This document shows, piece by piece, positions 33,812 to 38,220 of a stretch of DNA of 38,220 nt. The notes below the pieces were generated by a model. It worked only from the letters and a program-made list of their open reading frames with translations. It ran no database searches and was not told the DNA's origin. The position numbers were made by a program, and so were the translations under genes. Position 1 is the first letter of the stretch; each line of letters begins with the position of its first letter. The DNA is from Reclinomonas americana ATCC 50394 (lineage: Eukaryota), in NCBI GenBank assembly GCA_048213135.1, contig PS015290.1:1-38220 (forward strand). The letters are read 5' to 3'.

Positions 33812-34552
33812 ATGACCTCCGCTCCCCCTTCTCTCCTCTGCAAACGCCTGCGCGGCCACACGAAGGCGGTGCATGCTGTCGCCGTCACCCCCGACAGTCA
33901 GCATGTTGTCAGTGGAAGTGAGGACAACACGGTGCGAGTGTGGTCGCTCGCGAGTGGAGAGCAGGTACAACGGCTGGAGGGGCACTCTCACCGAGTGCGT
34001 TCCGTCGCCGTCACCCCCGATGGTCAACATGTGGTGAGTGGGAGCTGGGACTGGAGCGTCCGTGTGTGGTCACTGGAGAGCGGAGAAGAAGCACGACGGT
34101 TGAAAGGGCACACTGCATGGGTGCTGTCCGTTGTCGTCACTCCCGATGTTCAGCACGTGGTGAGTGGGAGCGCGGACAAAACCGTGCGAGTGTGGTCACT
34201 GGCGACCGGAGAAGAGGTGCGACTGTGGAAGGGACATGCTGATTGGGTTACGGCTGTTGCCGTCACTCCCGACGGTCAGTTTGTTGTGAGTGGGGGCGTT
34301 GACCGCACAGTGCGCATGTGGTCGCTGGCGACTGGGGAAGAAGTGCGACGAATGGAGGGTCACTCGCGGTGGGTGCGTTCTGTTGCCGTCACGCTTGATG
34401 GTCAATACGTGGTGAGCGGCAGTGATGATGGGACAGTGCGAGTGTGGAGTGTGGCAAGTGGCGAGGAGGTGCGACGATTGGAGGGACACAGCGATGCGGT
34501 ACTGTCTGTCGCCATCACCCCCGACAGTCAGCACGTTGTGAGTGGGAGCTAT
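33812..34552 (+). CDS. WD40-repeat protein 2 (3' end hidden in gap 34553-34908)
   Basis: Starts MTSAPPSLLCK; six repeats visible. Sequence after the gap matches the 3' flank of WD40-1, so the tail and stop probably lie in the gap. Confidence 0.92.
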
Positions 34553-34953
34553 NNNNNNNNNNNNNNNNNNNNNNNNNNNNNNNNNNNNNNNNNNNNNNNN
34601 NNNNNNNNNNNNNNNNNNNNNNNNNNNNNNNNNNNNNNNNNNNNNNNNNNNNNNNNNNNNNNNNNNNNNNNNNNNNNNNNNNNNNNNNNNNNNNNNNNNN
34701 NNNNNNNNNNNNNNNNNNNNNNNNNNNNNNNNNNNNNNNNNNNNNNNNNNNNNNNNNNNNNNNNNNNNNNNNNNNNNNNNNNNNNNNNNNNNNNNNNNNN
34801 NNNNNNNNNNNNNNNNNNNNNNNNNNNNNNNNNNNNNNNNNNNNNNNNNNNNNNNNNNNNNNNNNNNNNNNNNNNNNNNNNNNNNNNNNNNNNNNNNNNN
34901 NNNNNNNNCAAGAGAAGGCTCGAGGAGTGCTTGTTGTGGTTGAGCGTTCTTCT

Positions 34954-34994
<41 letters not shown>

Positions 34995-35241
34995 CTCTCT
35001 AACTCCCTCAATGCAATTCGCTTTGTTGCCTCTGTCGTCAACTTCTGCGTTTCTTTGGCTTTCTCTCCTGTATCAAATAAACAATTCCCCAGCGTTTGAC
35101 GAATGACGTGCGCGTTGCTGGTGACAGGGTGACAGATCAGTGCCAGCGCAGAAGTCTAAGTAACGACCCGTCACGGTCATCGAAGGACGACTCAAGCTCC
35201 GTCTCGTCACACACACGCATTCTCTCTTCTGCCCCCGCACC

Positions 35242-36325
35242 ATGTCCACAACTCCCCCATCCCTCCCCTGCAAATGCCTGCACGGTCACACATTCACCAT
35301 CCTGTCGGTCGCCGTCTCTCCCGACGGTCAACACATTGTCAGCGGAGGCGGTGACGAGACAATCCGCGTGTGGTCAGCGACGAGTGGAAGACAGGTGCGA
35401 CGACTGGAGGCTCACTCTGCTCGTGTGTGGTGCGTTGCTGTCGCACCCAGCGCGCAGTACATTGTGAGTGGCAGCACAGACAACACAATCGGCGTGTGGG
35501 AGCTGGAGAGTGGTGAGCTCGTGCGACGACTGCAACTGCATGGCACAGTTGTGTACTGCGTGACTGTCACACCCAACGGCCACCACATTGTCAGTGCAAG
35601 TGATGATCACACGGTGCGCGTGTGGTCACTGGCGAGTGGAGAGGAAGTGCGACGATTGGTGGGTCACACTGGCTCGGTGTTGTCTGTGACTGTCACCTCT
35701 GACAGTCGGCATGTGGTGAGCGGGAGTGCCGACGAGACACTGCGCGTGTGGTCGCTGGCGACTGGGGAAGAAGTGCGACGAATGGAGGGTCACTCTCGGT
35801 GGGTGCGTTCTGTTGCCGTCACGCGTGATGGTCAACACGTGGTGAGCGGCAGTGATGATGGGACAGTGCGAGTGTGGAGTGTGGCAAGTGGCGAGGAAGT
35901 GCGACGGCTGCAGGGACACAGCGATCGCGTGTCGTCGGTCGCCGTCACAGCCGACGGCCGGCATGTGGTGAGTGGGAGCTATGACCACACAGTGCGAGTG
36001 TGGTCGGTGGCGAGTGGCGAGGAGGTGCGGCGGCTGGAAGGGCACTCCGAGAGGGTGTGGTCAGTCGCCATCGCGCCGGATGGCCAGCACATTGCCAGCG
36101 GGAGTCGTGTTAGCACAGTGCGCGTGGTCGACGCCGTACGGCCTGGCTCGGCGGGAACTCGATGCGGCACGTTCGGTGATGCGCGCTGTGCAAGAGATGC
36201 AGCGCGAGGGCGACGAAGTGGATAATCCTCGTTGCCTGGTGGAGATCGTGTTCCGCTGCTTCTTGGTCGAGGAGGCGGAGGTTGTTGTCCATCGTTGCTT
36301 CACGGACGACAGTCTTCGACTGTAA
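35242..36325 (+). CDS. WD40-repeat protein 3 (7 repeats; frameshift before the conserved tail, so pseudogenised or an assembly error)
   Basis: Starts MSTTPPSLPCK. The ORF stops at 36225, while the paralog tail WSTPYGLARRELD..HRCFTDDSLRL* is intact in another frame to 36325. cgcgtggtcg at 36121 lacks one GT relative to the usual cgcgtgtggtcg. Confidence 0.88.
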
Positions 36326-36357
36326 CTTGTGTTGGAGAAGGAGTGAGAAAGCCCTGT

Positions 36358-36398
<41 letters not shown>

Positions 36399-37477
36399 TT
36401 CTGTGTTGTCTTGTGTTTCTTTATCGACGTTTCTTCGTTATGTGCATGTACGACGTTGCTAAATTGTTGTTCTGTACAGCAGCCTATGTCTCTGTNNNNN
36501 NNNNNNNNNNNNNNNNNNNNNNNNNNNNNNNNNNNNNNNNNNNNNNNNNNNNNNNNNNNNNNNNNNNNNNNNNNNNNNNNNNNNNNNNNNNNNNNNNNNN
36601 NNNNNNNNNNNNNNNNNNNNNNNNNNNNNNNNNNNNNNNNNNNNNNNNNNNNNNNNNNNNNNNNNNNNNNNNNNNNNNNNNNNNNNNNNNNNNNNNNNNN
36701 NNNNNNNNNNNNNNNNNNNNNNNNNNNNNNNNNNNNNNNNNNNNNNNNNNNNNNNNNNNNNNNNNNNNNNNNNNNNNNNNNNNNNNNNNNNNNNNNNNNN
36801 NNNNNNNNNNNNNNNNNNNNNNNNNNNNNNNNNNNNNNNNNNNNNNNNNNNNNNNNNNNNNNNNNNNNNNNNNNNNNNNNNNNNNNNNNNNNNNNNNNNN
36901 NNNNNNNNNNNNNNNNNNNNNNNNNNNNNNNNNNNNNNNNNNNNNNNNNNNNNNNNNNNNNNNNNNNNNNNNNNNNNNNNNNNNNNNNNNNNNNNNNNNN
37001 NNNNNNNNNNNNNNNNNNNNNNNNNNNNNNNNNNNNNNNNNNNNNNNNNNNNNNNNNNNNNNNNNNNNNNNNNNNNNNNNNNNNNNNNNNNNNNNNNNNN
37101 NNNNNNNNNNNNNNNNNNNNNNNNNNNNNNNNNNNNNNNNNNNNNNNNNNNNNNNNNNNNNNNNNNNNNNNNNNNNNNNNNNNNNNNNNNNNNNNNNNNN
37201 NNNNNNNNNNNNNNNNNNNNNNNNNNNNNNNNNNNNNNNNNNNNNNNNNNNNNNNNNNNNNNNNNNNNNNNNNNNNNNNNNNNNNNNNNNNNNNNNNNNN
37301 NNNNNNNNNNNNNNNNNNNNNNNNNNNNNNNNNNNNNNNNNNNNNNNNNNNNNNNNNNNNNNNNNNNNNNNNNNNNNNNNNNNNNNNNNNNNNNNNNNNN
37401 NNNNNNNNNNNNNNNNNNNNNNNNNNNNNNNNNNNNNNNNNNNNNNNNNNNNNNNNNNNNNNNNNNNNNNNNNNNNG

Positions 37478-38220
37478 GGTGCACATTCCAGCAAAGCCAA
37501 GTCCGTCGCCGTCACTCCCGATGGCCAGTACATCGTGAGCGGTGGGATGGACAAGATTGCGCGTGTGTGGTCGCTGGCGAGTGGCAAGGAGGTGCGGCGG
37601 TTTGAAGGACACGGCAGCTATGTGTGCTCTGTCGCCGTTACTCCCGACGGCGAGTACGCTGTGAGTGGGAGTTTGGACACGACTGCGCGAGTGTGGTCGC
37701 TGGCGAGCGGCGACGAAGTTCGACGATTGGGAGGGCACACCGGACCGGTGGAATCTGTTGCCGTCACTCCCGACGGTCGCCACGCAGTGATCTGCAGCTG
37801 GGACTCGATTGTGCGAGTGTGGTCACTCGCGAGTGGAGTAGAAGTGAGAGTGCTGAAGCACTCGACATTGGTGCTCGCTGTGACCATCACTCCCGACGGA
37901 CAACACGTGGTGAGTGGCAGCAACGACAGCATTGTGCGTGTGTGGTCGCTGGCGAGCGGGGAAGAGGTGCGACGGATGAAGGGACGCGCAGGGAGTCTCG
38001 CCATCACGCCTGACGGTCGGCACGTAGTGGGTGGATGTGCGGACAAGACAGTGCGCGTGTGGTCACTCGCGAGTGGTGAACAAGTGTGGCGTCTGAAGGG
38101 ACACACTGACCGGGTGTGGTCCGTCGCCGTCACTCCAGATGGTCGCCACGCTGTGAGCGGGAGCAGGGACAAAACGATGCGAATATGGTCCGTGGAGACA
38201 GGCCGAGAAGTGCAAAGGTT
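37478..38220 (+). CDS. WD40-repeat protein 4 (partial at both ends)
   Basis: Open frame GAHSSKAKSVAVTPDGQYIVSGGMDKIARVWSLASG...GHTDRVWSVAVTPDGRHAVSGSRDKTMRIWSVETGREVQR, six repeats, from the gap edge to the window end. Confidence 0.93.

Noticed and set aside
3597-36325. Alternative genetic code or stop-codon reassignment
   Set aside because: TAA, TAG and TGA each end a gene at the expected place (S9, ABCG, NOP9/CSN8), and all internal stops fall in introns.

Overview
Eukaryotic draft-assembly window (probably a unicellular protist; species not identifiable from sequence) with about 10 N-gaps, many spliceosomal introns, microsatellite-rich introns and very short intergenic spacers. Exons traced by hand using splice signals, reading-frame phase and conserved motifs give, left to right: fragments of a coiled-coil gene (-); a RING finger / protein kinase / coiled-coil / tandem PLAC8-like gene (-, 3597-8685); an ABCG (White-type) half transporter (-, 8777-16393); NOP9 (+, 16800-23330); a bacterial-like S9 serine peptidase (-, 23407-29320); COP9 signalosome subunit 8 (-, 29764-31931); and a tandem array of at least four intronless WD40 genes (+, 32381 to window end), two of which show a shared unrecognised C-terminal tail. 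Main signals: (1) a recurrent one-base-shifted 5' splice site GTTGCG(T)/GTTGAGT at 18 frame-supported introns across five genes, plus a probable AT-AC intron and 5-8 nt micro-exons; (2) the RING-kinase-2xPLAC8 architecture; (3) the variable, mosaic WD40 array. All gene models are manual predictions without transcript data. Most ORFs in the supplied track are artefacts of introns, repeats and gaps.
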